Of a stretch of DNA of 32,000 bases, positions 9,331 through 18,929 are shown piece by piece (the first letter of the stretch is position 1; each line of letters starts with the position of its first letter). The position numbers and the translations under genes were made by a program. Origin of the DNA: Mycoplasma mobile 163K (GTDB taxonomy: Bacteria > Bacillota_I > Bacilli_A > Mycoplasmatales > Metamycoplasmataceae); assembly GCF_000008365.1 (NCBI RefSeq), contig NC_006908.1, forward strand, positions 300,001 to 332,000, read 5' to 3'. Under the pieces are notes generated by a model. The model was not told the origin of the DNA, ran no database searches, and worked only from the letters and a program-made list of their open reading frames with translations.

Positions 9331-9980
9331 TAAGGAATTTAATTTTTTTAGGAGCTCCAGGTTCTGGTAAAGGATCAACAGCTCTTGAAATTAGCACTAA
9401 ATATGATATAGAACATATTTCAACTGGGGAAATTTTTAGAAATGAAATAAAAAACAAAACCCCTTTAGGTTTAAAAGTAGCTGAAATTGTTAATGATGGT
9501 AAATATGTACCTGATGAGTTGACTAATCAAATTGTTTTAAAAAAATTAAAAGAATTAAAACAAGAAAACAAGAAATTTATTTTAGATGGATATCCTAGAA
9601 CGTTAAATCAAGCCATGTTTTTATCTAGTGTCTTAGATGAAAAAATACTTGCAGTGCTTTTGGAAGTTCCTACTAATTTGATTATTGAAAGATTATCTTT
9701 TAGAAGAATTTGTCCAATTTGCAAAAGTATTTATCATCTAAAATATAATCCTTCAAAAAAAGGTGAGTTTTGTGAAAATCATTTGGAAAATTTAACTAAA
9801 ATTGAAGCAAGGCAAGATGATTCAGAAGAATCAATTAAAAAAAGATTAAAAATTTATAACGAAGAAACAAAACCAATGATTGATTACTACAAGAAAAACC
9901 AATCACTTGTAGTAATCAATTCAGAAGAATCTGTTAAAAAAGTTGCCTCTTTAGTTATTAAGAAAGTTTTTAATGATTAA
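9327..9980 (+). CDS. adk: Adenylate kinase
   Basis: ORF track. P-loop GAPGSGKGS, DGYPRT, and a lid with CPIC...C..H. ATGA overlap with secY. Confidence 0.96.
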   Translation: MIRNLIFLGAPGSGKGSTALEISTKYDIEHISTGEIFRNEIKNKTPLGLKVAEIVNDGKYVPDELTNQIVLKKLKELKQENKKFILDGYPRTLNQAMFLSSVLDEKILAVLLEVPTNLIIERLSFRRICPICKSIYHLKYNPSKKGEFCENHLENLTKIEARQDDSEESIKKRLKIYNEETKPMIDYYKKNQSLVVINSEESVKKVASLVIKKVFND

Positions 9981-10725
9981 AATTAAAAATCAACAAGAGA
10001 TTTTAAAAATAAGAAAATCTTGTAAGATCCTGGCAGAGATTAAAGAGATTATTTATAATCTTGTAAGACCGGGGATTTCTTTAAAAGAATTAGATCAGGT
10101 TGCTTTTGAAGAAATTTTAAAAAGAAAAGTAAAACCTGCATTTTTAGGCTACCATGGATTTCCCAATTCGACTTGTTTAAGTGTAAATGAAGAATTAATT
10201 CATGGGATACCTTCAAACTATATTTTAAAAGAGGGAGATTTACTAAAAGTTGATATGGGAATTATTTATGATTCATATTATTCAGATAGTGCTTTTACCA
10301 TTAGTGTTGGAACACAAACTAATACTGAAAATAATTATTTAATAAATGCCGCTAAAGAAGCTTTTTATGAAGGAATTAAAGCAATAAAACCAGGTTCAAG
10401 AATTGGTGACATAGAAGATGCAATTGGTAGATATTTAGCGAAAAACAATTTGTATACACCAGATGAATTTAGCGGTCATGGAATCGGAAAAAATTTACAT
10501 GAAGATCCAATTGTTGCAAATAAAGGTAAAAAAAATAAAGGACCTCTTTTAAAAGATGGCATGGTCATTTGTATTGAACCAATGATTATGCAAGATAATA
10601 ACGACTTATATATTAAAGATGATGGATGAACTGTTGTTTGTAAATCAGGCAAAAAATCCTCACATTATGAACATACTGTTCTAATTGAAAATGGTAAAGC
10701 TATCATCTTAACGGAAGGAATTTAA
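9973..10725 (+). CDS. map: Methionine aminopeptidase type I
   Basis: ORF 9973-10629 is extended through a TGA (Trp) to TAA at 10723-10725 (250 aa). Metal-ligand context ...[18 protein letters not shown]..., GHGIG, ICIEPM, HYEHTV. Confidence 0.95.
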
Positions 10726-10726
10726 G

Positions 10727-10942
10727 TTGGCAAAAGACGCAATAAAAATGACTGGAAAAGTCATTAAAGCATACAACACAGATGAGTACGATGTTGAACT
10801 AGAAAATGGTATAGTTGTAAGAGCACATATTAGTGGTAAAATAAGAGTTCATCATATAACTATTTTGCGCGGAGATACTGTAGATGTTGAATTAAGTACA
10901 TATGATTTAACAAAAGGTAGAATTGTCTACCGTCATAGATAA
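10727..10942 (+). CDS. infA: Translation initiation factor IF-1
   Basis: ORF track. TTG start 1 nt after the map stop. [16 protein letters not shown]...[39 protein letters not shown]. Confidence 0.94.
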
Positions 10943-10950
10943 GGAGAAAA

Positions 10951-11067
10951 ATGAAAGTCAGAGCATCAGTTAAACCTATGTGTAAAGATTGTAAAATTAT
11001 TAAACGAAAGGGAGCTGTTAGGGTAATTTGTAAAACAAGCCCAAAACATAAACAGCGTCAAGGGTAA
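10951..11067 (+). CDS. rpmJ: 50S ribosomal protein L36
   Basis: AAGGAG at 10941-10946. [38 protein letters not shown], 38 aa. Too short for the ORF track. Confidence 0.95.
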   Translation: MKVRASVKPMCKDCKIIKRKGAVRVICKTSPKHKQRQG

Positions 11068-11070
11068 TAC

Positions 11071-11439
11071 ATGGCACGTATTTTAAATGTCGAAATTCCT
11101 AATAATAAAAGAGTAATCATCTCTTTAACTTATGTATACGGAATTGGTAGATCATTATCTAAACAAATTTTAGCAGAAGCTAATATTGATGAAAATATTA
11201 GAGTAAAAGATCTATCAGAAGAAGACTTAACAAAAATTAGAAATATTGCTTCTAGATTCACAACAGAAGGTGATTTAAGAAGAGAAATTCAACTAAACAT
11301 TAAGCGTTTGATGGAAATCAAATCTTATAGAGGTATTAGACACCGTAAAGGTCTTCCAGTAAGAGGTCAAGTAACACAAAAAAATGCAAGAACTAGAAAA
11401 GGTCCTCGTAAAACTGTTGCTGGTAAGAAAGGTAAATAA
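11071..11439 (+). CDS. rpsM: 30S ribosomal protein S13
   Basis: ORF track. [30 protein letters not shown]...[15 protein letters not shown]. Confidence 0.97.
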   Translation: MARILNVEIPNNKRVIISLTYVYGIGRSLSKQILAEANIDENIRVKDLSEEDLTKIRNIASRFTTEGDLRREIQLNIKRLMEIKSYRGIRHRKGLPVRGQVTQKNARTRKGPRKTVAGKKGK

Positions 11440-11441
11440 TC

Positions 11442-11846
11442 ATGGCAGTTAAAAAAACAAAATCAAAACAAAAAGTTAAAAGAAAAAATATTGTTAGTGG
11501 TGTTGCACATATTCATTCAACTCACCAAAACACAATTGTTGCTTTTAGTGATGAAGCCGGAAACGTATTTGCATGATCTTCAGCAGGAGCAATTGGTTAC
11601 AAAGGAACTAAGAAAAAAACTCCTTATGCAGCTGGTTTGGCAACAACAGCAGCTGTAGAAAAAGCTAAAGAACATGGATTAAAAGAAGTAAGAGTTGAAT
11701 TAAAAGGAACAGGTTCTGGTAAAGATGCTGCTAGAAAACAAATTGAAGCATTAGGAATCATTATTAAAGAAGTTAAAGATGTCACTCCAATTCCACATAA
11801 TGGAACAAGACCTCCTAAAAAAGTGTTGAAAAGAGATCTAAAATAA
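11442..11846 (+). CDS. rpsK: 30S ribosomal protein S11
   Basis: ATG at 11442. ...[29 protein letters not shown]...[11 protein letters not shown].... In frame with ORF 11637-11846 through a TGA. 134 aa. Confidence 0.95.
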
Positions 11847-12847
11847 TGGAAAAATTTATAAAAATTAATTGAACAGAAAATAAAACAAAAAGAATTAATG
11901 ATTTTTCTACTTCTTTTATTGTTCAACCTTTAGAAAAAGGTTTAGCAACTACTTTAGGAACAGCAATTAGAAGAGTTTTACTATCTTCTATTTCATCTGT
12001 AGCACCATTTGCTGTAAAAATTAAAGGTGTTGAACATGAATTTATGGCAATTAATAAAGTTACTGAAGATGTTCCACAAATATTATTAAGATTAAGAGAT
12101 ATTAAAATAGCATATAATCCAGAAATTTTTGAAGATGGAAAAATTTATAAATTAAGCTTAAAATCAAATAAAGAAGCAGGAGACATTTATGCTAAGGATT
12201 TTATCCTTCCTATAGGAGCAGAAATTGTTAATCCAGGTCTTTTAATCGCGACAACAGCAGCTGCAAATGTCTTGGAAATTGATGTTTTTGTAAGAGCAGG
12301 TAGAGGTTATGTTGATTTTGAAGAAAATAAAAAGTATATTGATGAAATCAAAACAAATTTAACTTCTTCAATTTCAAATGGTCAATATATTGCTGTTGAT
12401 AGTAACTTTTCACCAATTGAAAAAGTAAGTTTTTCTTCAAGTGAATTAAATACTTCTTCAGTAATTGTTCAAGAAAAACTAGAAATGGAAATTGTAACTA
12501 AAGGAACAATTGATGCAAAAAATGCAATTGCCCAAGCTGCAAAAATTTTAGTTGCCCACTTAAACATAATTGGTGATGTTAATAGTTTAAATATTAAGGA
12601 TATTTTTGAAGAAGGAAATACTGAAAAAGAACATTCAAAAACTCAAAATATTTTAATTCAAAGCTTAGATCTTAGCATCAGAAGTTTTAATGCTTTAAAA
12701 AGAGCAAATTATACAACAGTTCAACAATTAGAGGCTCTATCTTTAGATGATTTAAAAAACATTAAAAATTTAGGTGAAAAATCAATTAATGAAATTGTTG
12801 AAAAACTTGAAAAATACAATGTTTTTCTAGATAAAGGAGAAGAATAA
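11846..12847 (+). CDS. rpoA: DNA-directed RNA polymerase subunit alpha
   Basis: The ATG at 11846 overlaps the rpsK stop (TAATG). MEKFIKINW...PLEKGLATTLGTAIRRVLLSSISSVAP..., in frame with ORF 12044-12847. The C-terminal domain has ...LDLSIRSFNALKRANYTTVQQL. 333 aa. Confidence 0.95.
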
Positions 12848-12848
12848 A

Positions 12849-13211
12849 ATGGCCAATCCAGTACAATTATTTAGACGTAATAGTTCTTGACAAAAAGGTG
12901 TTATTCGTTCTCTTGCAACTGATATTATTATTCATGGAAGAATTACAACAACAGAAGCAAGAGCAAAAATTTTAAGATCATATGTTGATAAATTAATTAC
13001 TCAAGCAAAAACAGATACATTAGCTTCAAGAAGAAGAGCTGCAAGTTTTTTAAGAAATATTCAGCTAAAAGATGGTAAAACATCTTTACAATATCTTTTT
13101 GCTAGTGTAGGTCCAAAATATAAAGACCGTAATGGTGGATATACAAGAATTATCAAATTACCAAATCGTCAAGGTGATAATTCTAAAATGTCTATTATTG
13201 AATTAGTTTAA
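12849..13211 (+). CDS. rplQ: 50S ribosomal protein L17
   Basis: Not in the ORF track (in-frame TGA). [51 protein letters not shown]...[16 protein letters not shown].... TAA at 13209-13211, 120 aa. Confidence 0.95.
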
Positions 13212-13220
13212 ATTAAAATA

Positions 13221-13248
13221 AAAAATGAGATTAATCTCATTTTTTATT
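13221..13248. terminator. Bidirectional intrinsic terminator between convergent rplQ and the PGM/PMM gene
   Basis: aaaaatgaga (13221-13230) is the perfect reverse complement of tctcattttt (13235-13244), with loop ttaa. A-tract and T-tract flank it on both sides. Confidence 0.8.
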
Positions 13249-14790
13249 TTATATAATAGAAAGAATTTTTTCTTTTAAAATATTTCAATTTTTTTCTACT
13301 AAAATTTTATCCTTATCAACAACATAAAGATAAAATTTAATTTTTGCTTCTGTTCCAGAAGGTCTAAGAGCGATTCAATTTAAATTTTGAAAACTAATTC
13401 TTATCATATTACTCGGGGCAATATTTTCTTTACCTTTAATAAAGTTTTCAATTTTAAAGTCTTCATTAAATTTTAGATTTATAAATTTTGACTGAATATT
13501 TTCTAAATGCAAAGGATTTTTTTCATCCAAATTAATTGAAAAACTTTCACTTTTAATATATCCATATTTTTTATAAATATCTTCTAAAACATCTAAAAGG
13601 GTTTTGCTTTTCTTTTTGTAAAAACTAATCATTTTTGCAAGAATTACACAACTTTGAATTGCATCTTTATCATATGCTAATGAATCATTTATCAGAGATC
13701 CATATGATTCTTCAAAGGCAAATAATAATTTTGAAGTTTTTGATTCATTTTTGATTTGTTCAATTAAATTTCCTATATATTTAAATCCTGTAGCAACTTC
13801 ATACCATTTTATATTGTTTTCAATTGCCATTTTTTTAGGTAAACTTGAAGAAACAAAGGAATAAATTAAATATTTATCTTGCAATTTATTTTCGTTTATT
13901 TCAATCAAATAATTAAAAATTAAAGTTGCTGTTTCGTTTCCGTTTAGAAGAATGTACTCATTATTTCTTAAAATTCCAATTCCTACCCTATCTGCATCTG
14001 GATCTGTAATTAGAACAGCATCTGATTTATGAATTAAACCTAATTTAATTACATTTTCATAAGAAGATTTATCTTCTGGATTTGGACTTTTTGTATGAGT
14101 AAAATCCGGATCATTTTTCATTTGTGCTTCTTCAAAAAAAGCATTTACATTTAATTTTTTAAAAATAGATTTAACTATTTTAGCACCTGTTCCATGTTGA
14201 GGACTAAAAGATAAATTGATATTTGATAGATTTTTTTGGCTGCCACCAACTTTTAAAACTTTTTCTTCATATGATTGCAAAGTTTGTTTTGGAATATAAT
14301 TTATGTATTTATTTTTAATACTAAAAATAAATTGATTTAGTGCTTGCTTTTTTGTATAATCTTCATAATTTAAAAAATTAGATTTAATTTTATCAACAAC
14401 ATCTGGCAAAATTTGTGAGCCATTTTTATCATAAAGTTTAATTCCATTATATTCTTTTGGATTATGACTAGCTGTAATATTAATAGCACCAAGTGCCTTA
14501 TGATATTTTGTTGCATAACTTATAATTGGGGTCGCAATAATTTCTCTAGAAATTAAAACATTTATTTTGTGAAAAGCTAAAATACTTGCTGCCAATCTTG
14601 AAAACTCTCTTGATTTTCTTCGATTATCTCTTCCGATTATTACAATTTTATTTTTTCAATTAAAAGTTTCTGATTTCAAATATTTTGCAAAACCTTCAAT
14701 TACTCTTGCTACATGGAAAATATTCAAATGCTCTTTAGTTTTACCTAAAATTCCTCTTAATCCTGCAGTTCCAAATTCTAATTCTTTCAT
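13249..14790 (-). CDS. manB: Phosphoglucomutase/phosphomannomutase family protein (alpha-D-phosphohexomutase)
   Basis: ORF 13375-14595 is extended at both ends through TGA codons. The N-terminus is MKELEFGTAGLRG, the active-site loop is ITASHNP, and the C-terminus has RPSGTEAKIKFY. Stop TAA at 13249-13251, 513 aa. Substrate specificity cannot be read from the sequence. Confidence 0.88.
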
Positions 14791-14797
14791 TTTAATA

Positions 14798-14803
14798 ATT
14801 TTA
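14798..14803 (-). promoter_or_regulatory. Candidate -10 box (TAAAAT) 7 nt upstream of the manB ATG; no SD
   Basis: The minus strand reads attgtatTAAAATtattaaaATG. Confidence 0.4.
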
Positions 14804-14827
14804 ATACAATTTTACTAAATTCATTTA

Positions 14828-14859
14828 AATAAAAAAAATAACTTACTTAATAAGTTATT
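14828..14859 (-). terminator. Intrinsic terminator of the secG-rnr-smpB transcript, overlapping the smpB stop codon
   Basis: The 9-bp stem aataactta/taagttatt (14837-14845 with 14851-14859) is followed by a U-run on the minus strand (14831-14836). The smpB TAA lies in the loop. Confidence 0.7.
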
Positions 14860-15275
14860 TTTTTCAAGTGTTTTCTAACATCTTTTTCTAAAATTCTATG
14901 CCTTTTATCAGCTTTGGTTTTTCCTTTAGCTAAAGCAATTTCTAATTTTATATAGTTATTATCCCAAAATAAATTCAAGGGAATCACAGCTAAAGAATTA
15001 CGATTTTTTTTGTCTTGAATATGTCTTATTTCATGTTTATTTAGTAATAATTTTCTTGGTTCTAATTCATTCCCTTTAACACTCATATATTGTGAAATAT
15101 GCATATTTGTAATATATGCTTCATCATTTTTAAAAGTGATGAAAGCACCTTTTAATTGAACTTTATTTTCTCTGATAGATTTTACTTCCCATCCTTTTAA
15201 AATCAATCCAGCCTTATATTTTTCAAGAATCTCATAATTAAAAAAGGCATCTTTATTTTTTATAATGATTTTCAT
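14847..15275 (-). CDS. smpB: SsrA-binding protein SmpB
   Basis: ORF track. ...NKDAFFNYEILEKYKAGLILKGWEVKSIR...KLLLNKHEI..., 142 aa, downstream of rnr as in Firmicutes. Confidence 0.95.
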   Translation of the reverse strand: MKIIIKNKDAFFNYEILEKYKAGLILKGWEVKSIRENKVQLKGAFITFKNDEAYITNMHISQYMSVKGNELEPRKLLLNKHEIRHIQDKKNRNSLAVIPLNLFWDNNYIKLEIALAKGKTKADKRHRILEKDVRKHLKKITY

Positions 15276-15283
15276 TTTTGTCT

Positions 15284-17410
15284 CTATTTTTTGGAATTAA
15301 TTGTTTTTCAATGATTATAATTTTCAGTTAAAATAGCATCTATTTTTCTTGCTAGTCTATTTGTCCCAATAATTGTAACATTAACTTGATCACCTATTAA
15401 AATTGTTTTATCTTTCAAAATAATTTTTGTGCCTTCTTCATTAATTTTATAAGCATCTACTATATTATCTTTATGGATTAAAACATCTACTTTATTTTCA
15501 AATTCTACAAAAAATCCAAATGGTAAAATGCTAACAACAATTCCAACAAAATTTTTACCAATTTTAGATTCATAAAATTCAGCTTTTTTAATGTCTATAA
15601 CATTTCTTTCCAATTCTACAGCTTTGTTTTCACTTTCAGAATTCATTTCACCAATTCTTTTTAAAATAGCATTAAAAGAGCTTATTTTGTCTTTTTGATT
15701 CTTAAAAATAATTTCTCTAATGATTCTATGAGTTAATAAATCTGGATATCTTCTGATTGGTGAAGTAAAATGTAAATAAAACTTACTTCCCAAACCAAAA
15801 TGACCAACATTATTTGGTGAATATTTAGCTTTTTGCATTGATCTTAAAATCAAAATCTTGATAAAATTATCAAATCTTTGATCTTTTAATTTATTTAAAG
15901 TTTTGGAAAATTTTAAAGAATCATTTCCTGATTGAAAAAAGGCATTAATATTTAAAGTTTTTATAATTCCATTTAATTTACTGATTTTTAAATTATCAGG
16001 TTTTTCATGAATTCTGTATAAAGTTGGTATTTTGTTTTTAGCAAGAAAAGTTGCAACTTCTTCATTTGCTCTAACCATGAAATTTTCAATTAAAACTTCA
16101 GATAAACCTCTTTCTCTAACATCTATTCTTTCTACTCTTCCATCTTTATCTAAAATAACTTTAGGTTCTTCAATTTCAAAATCTACATAACCATCTGCAA
16201 TTTTAAATTTTTGCAAAATATTCGATAATTCTAAAGAAGTATTTAACATTTCATTTAAATTTGGGACATCATCAAAAGAAATTTCATTGTTATAAAATCT
16301 ATTAACTTCTTTATATGTCAATCTTTTTTTACTGTTAATAATTGAAGGAAATATTTCAGATCTAATTGTTCTACCTTTTTCATCAATTTCCATTTCAATA
16401 CCCATTGTAAATCGATCAACATTTGGATTTAAAGAACAAATACCATTAGAAAGAGATTCTGGTAACATTGGGATAACACGATCAGCTAAATAAATTGAAG
16501 TACCTCTAGAAAGGGCCTCTAAATCAATTGGACTATTTTCTTTAACATAATAACTTACATCTGCAATATGAACACTTAAAATAAAATTATCTCCCTTTTT
16601 TTCCACTAAAATTGCATCATCAAAATCTTTTGTATCATCCCCATCAATTGTAACAATCAATTTTTCTCTATAGTCTCTTCTATTATTAATTTCTTCTTTT
16701 TCTCTAGAAATACTTTGAGGAATATTTGCTGATTCAATTAATGTATTTTCATTGAATTCAGTAACTATATCTGATTCTTCAATTACTAATGCTACTTCAT
16801 CATAAGGATTATTCAAATGTCCAATTGTTTTTACAATTTGAACAATAGAACTCATTTTATTAAATTCAACAATTCTAACTTTAATTAATGTATTTTCTTT
16901 TAAATTAGTAACATTATCTAAAAATAAGAATTGTGTTACATTATATTTTTCATCAAAAGCTTTAAATTTCATTTTTCCGTTCTCTAAAAAACTTCAACCC
17001 ACAAGATATTGAGTGTTTCTTTTAATTATTTTTGAAATTACACCAAAACATTTTTGTTTTTCGGCTTCATTTGATTCACAATAAGATTTGACTGAAACTA
17101 AATCCCCATTAAAAGATCCATTCAAATTAAATTTAGATACAAAAACACTATCTTTTTTATCATCTTCAAAATCAACAAATCCAAATCCTTTTGAATTGAT
17201 TGAAATAGTCCCATTAAATTCACCTAAAAATTTTGGCATGTAATAGTTGTTATCTCTATCTTTAAAAATTTCTCCTGATTTAACTAAGTCAAATAAAAAA
17301 TTACTAAAATCCTTATTTTTGAATTTAGGAACTTCAATTTTTTGCACAATTTCAATAAAAGAGTATTTTTTTTCCTTTAAAAGACTTAAAACTTTTTCCT
17401 TGTTAAACAT
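15284..17410 (-). CDS. rnr: Ribonuclease R (3'-5' exoribonuclease, RNB family)
   Basis: ORFs 15308-16972 and 16994-17410 are in the same frame, joined by a TGA. A C-terminal TGA at 15308-15310 is read through to TAG at 15284-15286. RNB motifs DGDDTKDFDDAI and HFGL...YLHFTSPIRRYPDL are present, with a C-terminal S1-like domain. 708 aa. Confidence 0.94.
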
Positions 17411-17650
17411 TTATATAACCAACCTAACTAAAAGAGCTGTAGCAAATAAAATAAAACCTAAAATCCCCATTGAATATTTCAAGAATTTTTTAAAACCTTT
17501 TTCTTTATTAACTTTAAATAAATCTAAATCACTTGATCCGACAAGCGCTCCTGAAAAAGAATTAGAATCTGGAGACATCAAAAAAGACACAATGATCATC
17601 AAAAAAGAAATAATAAATAATGGAATACTAATAATAATAGCTATACTCAC
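17411..17650 (-). CDS. secG: Preprotein translocase subunit SecG
   Basis: 79-aa protein with two TM segments and a central ...FSGALVGSSDL... loop. GTG start preceded by AAGGAG (rc of 17655-17660). Its stop abuts the rnr ATG. The secG-rnr-smpB order matches Bacillus. Confidence 0.8.
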   Translation of the reverse strand: MSIAIIISIPLFIISFLMIIVSFLMSPDSNSFSGALVGSSDLDLFKVNKEKGFKKFLKYSMGILGFILFATALLVRLVI

Positions 17651-17668
17651 AAAACTCCTTTATTATCT

Positions 17669-18736
17669 TTAATAAGCAATAATTAATGATCACCCAACAA
17701 CAAAACTAATTACACCTAATGCTGGAATAATAAAATAATACCTTTTTTTACTAAAAAATTTTGGAAAAAAGATAATTAAAGAAAGAAGAGCTAGTAAACC
17801 AGCTACTAAAAATGCAATGGCAAATGTATCACTACCACGTTGTCCTATAACAATTGAATTTTGTCTAAATGCCAAGTCTGCTCAAAAAATCAATGAATTA
17901 TTAAAAATTGCGCTTCCAATTAAAGTCCCAAAAGCAGCAATCGGTTGTTTGTTTTTCATAAAAAAACCAAAAGAAATTATTTCAGGCAATGAAGTTGTAA
18001 TTGCTAAAATTAGTCCTCCTGCAGAATTGGAATCTATCCCATAAACAATTTGCATTCCATTAATAATAAAATTCACTCCAAGACTAGCTGCACAAAGTAA
18101 AATTGCTCATATAATGAACCAAAAAAATGTTTTCCTTACATTTTTATTTTTAAATTTTTCTTTTAAAACAGTTTCATGAACTTCATCATCTCCGCCATAT
18201 TTATATTGAAGATATGTTGAAATTAAATAAATAATTAAAAATATTGCTGGAATAACTCCTATTGCATATTGTCCAACAACTCCTATAATTGCATCTTGTC
18301 CAATTAATAAAATAATTCCATAAAATAAACTACTTACTAAAGAAATAAGGATAATTACTCGTGTAAAACCTTTTACTTTAACTAAAAATAAGTCCCGATA
18401 AAGTAGTAATCCGGTTATCATTATTAAAAAAATAGCAAAAGCATTTGAACCAAGATCATCACTAATTCCAGTTTCAGCATTCCCAAAACCTGCCTGAGAA
18501 ACAGCAGTAATAAATTCTGGCATTGAAGTAATTGCACTAATTAAAACTCCTCCAACAAAAGCTCCTCCTAATTTAGTTTTTGCAATAATGATTTCTGCAT
18601 TTTTTACTAAATTTAAAGAAATAAAAGAAAGTATTCCAGCCATTAGTAAAAATAAGAATCAAATATAAAATTGAATTCCAGGTGATGAAGTTAGATTATT
18701 TATCCCTGGAAAAATTGATTGTTGAGTTGAATTCAT
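17669..18736 (-). CDS. CaCA-family cation/Ca2+ exchanger (YrbG-like Na+/Ca2+ antiporter) membrane protein
   Basis: Fragments 18107-18643, 17882-18076 and 17690-17875 plus an N-terminal extension share one frame, joined by TGA codons (355 aa). There are two alpha-repeat signatures: GGVLISAITSMPEFITAV and GGLILAITTSLPEIISFG...GSAIFNNSLIF. Confidence 0.82.
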
Positions 18737-18743
18737 AATTAGA

Positions 18744-18752
18744 ATTTTAACA
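18744..18752 (-). promoter_or_regulatory. Candidate extended -10 (TGtTAAAAT) 7 nt upstream of the CaCA gene ATG; no SD
   Basis: The minus strand reads ttTGtTAAAATtctaattATG. Confidence 0.45.
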
Positions 18753-18784
18753 AAAAAAATTAAATACAAAACAACTTAAATATT

Positions 18785-18792
18785 TGTATAAT
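18785..18792 (+). promoter_or_regulatory. Extended -10 promoter (TGTATAAT) for the riboswitch transcript
   Basis: TGTATAAT lies 6 nt upstream of the first P1 nucleotide (18799). Confidence 0.6.
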
Positions 18793-18798
18793 AAAAAT

Positions 18799-18914
18799 GA
18801 GTCTTTCAGGGACATGTTTAATTCAGTACCGGTAGTAAAAGTCTACGAGCAAAAAGCTGATTCTGTGTAATTCAGAAACCGACGGTAAAGTCCGGATGAG
18901 AAAAAGAAAGACTC
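18799..18914 (+). promoter_or_regulatory. FMN riboswitch (RFN element)
   Basis: 9-bp P1 helix (GAGTCTTTC 18799-18807 with GAAAGACTC 18906-18914). Conserved RFN strings: CAGGGAC, ACCGGTAGTA, AGTCTACGAGC, GATTCTG..AATTCAGAAACCGACGGTAAAGTCCGGATGAGAAAAAG. These are colinear with the B. subtilis ribD leader as I recall it. Confidence 0.9.
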
Positions 18915-18929
18915 GGAAAAGGTTATATT

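Noticed and set aside
13249-14846. Expectation of ssrA (tmRNA) downstream of smpB, as in Bacillus.
   Set aside because: The sequence after smpB is a terminator followed directly by the PGM/PMM gene. There is no tRNA-like acceptor/T-arm or GC-enriched segment.
17247-17672. 141-aa plus-strand ORF overlapping rnr and secG. Also 17817-18044 (+), 19756-20103 (-), 20479-20715 (-), 11624-11926 (-), 24388-24594 (-), 28375-28563 (-), 30362-30583 (-) and 31092-31331 (-).
   Set aside because: These are antisense shadows of rnr/secG, the CaCA gene, lon, rpsK/rpoA, ruvB, hisS, aspS and dinB. They have no independent signals.
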